A stretch of 64,000 bases of DNA from Mobula hypostoma (Eukaryota): contig NC_086108.1 of assembly GCF_963921235.1 (NCBI RefSeq), positions 46,006,001 to 46,070,000 of the forward strand. The letters are read 5' to 3'. This document shows positions 62,866-64,000 of this stretch, in pieces. A model generated the notes under the pieces. The model ran no database searches. It was not told the DNA's origin and saw only the letters and a program-made list of their open reading frames with translations. Within the stretch, counting starts at the first letter, position 1. The number at the start of each line of letters is the position of its first letter. A program made the translations under genes and the position numbers.

Positions 62866-63417
62866 TTCCTATCATGTTTTGTAATGGAAATGAATCTGAA
62901 GATATTGCAAGTATATCAATCTTAAAGCAAAAGATTTTTTTTGGTCCTACAGCGACAGCTGTACTCAATTACTTTTATCAGAATTGAGATGAATGGGATT
63001 TGCATCATCTGATATGCAAATTTTCTTTATAAGGTTCTCCACTATAATGGCACTGAAAGGTACAGCATTAACTTGTAACATACATGCACTCCAGAATTAA
63101 TGTCCTTTCTCTGTGAAGCAGCGTTACAGAAATATTGCATAAAACAGCTTCAGGATTTAGTGTCTGTAAGAGTCAGTCAGGTACACTTTTTGACAGTATC
63201 TTTCTATAGCATTAACAACTTCTGAATATGTGATCTCTGAGGACAAGCTAAGGCGTGATTCTCAATACCAGGATAACTTGCATAATTCGAAGAGCTGAAA
63301 GACTTCTCCAGTGAGTGATTTGTAGCTGTGAGGAAGCAGTGTCTAGCTGTTAATAAGTGTCATTACTGTTTTTTATCCTGATTGTGAAGTAATTAAGGAA
63401 GTGGCAGTGAATGCAAA

Positions 63418-63519
63418 TCAAAGAGTGGAAGAGATGTCTCTATTCCTGTGGATGCTCAACAGCTCAGTGATATCCTTCTGACCAGCTTGCAGAGCAATGT
63501 TCACAGCAGTGCTGCCGTT
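63418..63519 (-). CDS. KANK4: Terminal coding exon (last ankyrin repeat) of a KANK-family gene, most like KANK4 in exon structure
   Basis: tctctctcattttcccaacag|AACGGC...CTTTGA. Encodes NGSTAVNIALQAGQKDITELLSIHRNRDISSTL*, resembling the KANK fifth ankyrin repeat (DGSTALSIALEAGHKDIA.LL). Stop codon within this exon, as in KANK4. Paralogue assignment is uncertain. Confidence 0.55.
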   Translation of the reverse strand, partial: NGSTAVNIALQAGQKDITELLSIHRNRDISSTL

Positions 63520-64000
63520 CTGTTGGGAAAATGAGAGAGACAAGCAGGGTATGAAACACTGAACATGTGGTAAGTAAATCATTTAGCATTTTGTCAAAGG
63601 TCAAAGTCCCTGCCAGCATTACGCTCCAGCACTGCTCTTAGAAATGTCACAACACAGAGAACAGGTTCATTTCCTCACCTACCACTCGCCCTACGTGTGA
63701 AGTTCATGCCTTCAAATCAAACTGTAGCAGCCAATTATTAAGTGATGCTGAAGCTTATTCCCCAAGGAAGAAAAAAATACAACTGAGGGACCAGTGCTTT
63801 TACTACATAGTTTAATTCATATTTAATATAATCCTTCCATTTTGATTCATAAAAATTAAGATCTTCTTTCTCAATGCCTTTATTTGCCTCTCTGGGCAGT
63901 TCATTTTTCAAAGAGAAAAGGGAATAATCCTGGTTTGGTCACAGGGTGTGACAAAACAGGTCTGCAGGCACCACAGCAAAGGATGAGGCAGATGGTACTA

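Overview
Eukaryotic, repeat-rich vertebrate DNA. The repeat content (CR1, Rex1/Babar, Penelope, L1/Tx1, RTE, Gypsy, V-SINE-like) and the presence of ovoA suggest a cartilaginous fish, probably a ray or shark (inference). Almost all long ORFs in the supplied track are retroelement fragments or their antisense shadows. Between them lie the first seven minus-strand exons (31388 down to 2483) of ovoA, the ovothiol 5-histidylcysteine sulfoxide synthase. These have GT-AG junctions in matching phase, an intact His..HX3HXE iron-binding set and a CCAAT/GC/TATA promoter, but one in-frame TAG at codon 189 where Trp is expected. The terminal ankyrin-repeat exon of a KANK-family gene (KANK4-like) lies upstream on the same strand (63519-63418). 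Other observations: two divergent full-length CR1 LINEs both have a U_UUA_AAC slippery heptamer at the ORF1/ORF2 junction with an AUG-less ORF2 in the -1 frame; Penelope pseudo-LTRs carry minimal hammerhead-ribozyme motifs; part of ovoA intron 1 was copied as a microhomology-bounded templated insertion; and a Gypsy provirus holds four nested insertions. All coordinates were counted by hand, and TE boundaries are approximate.
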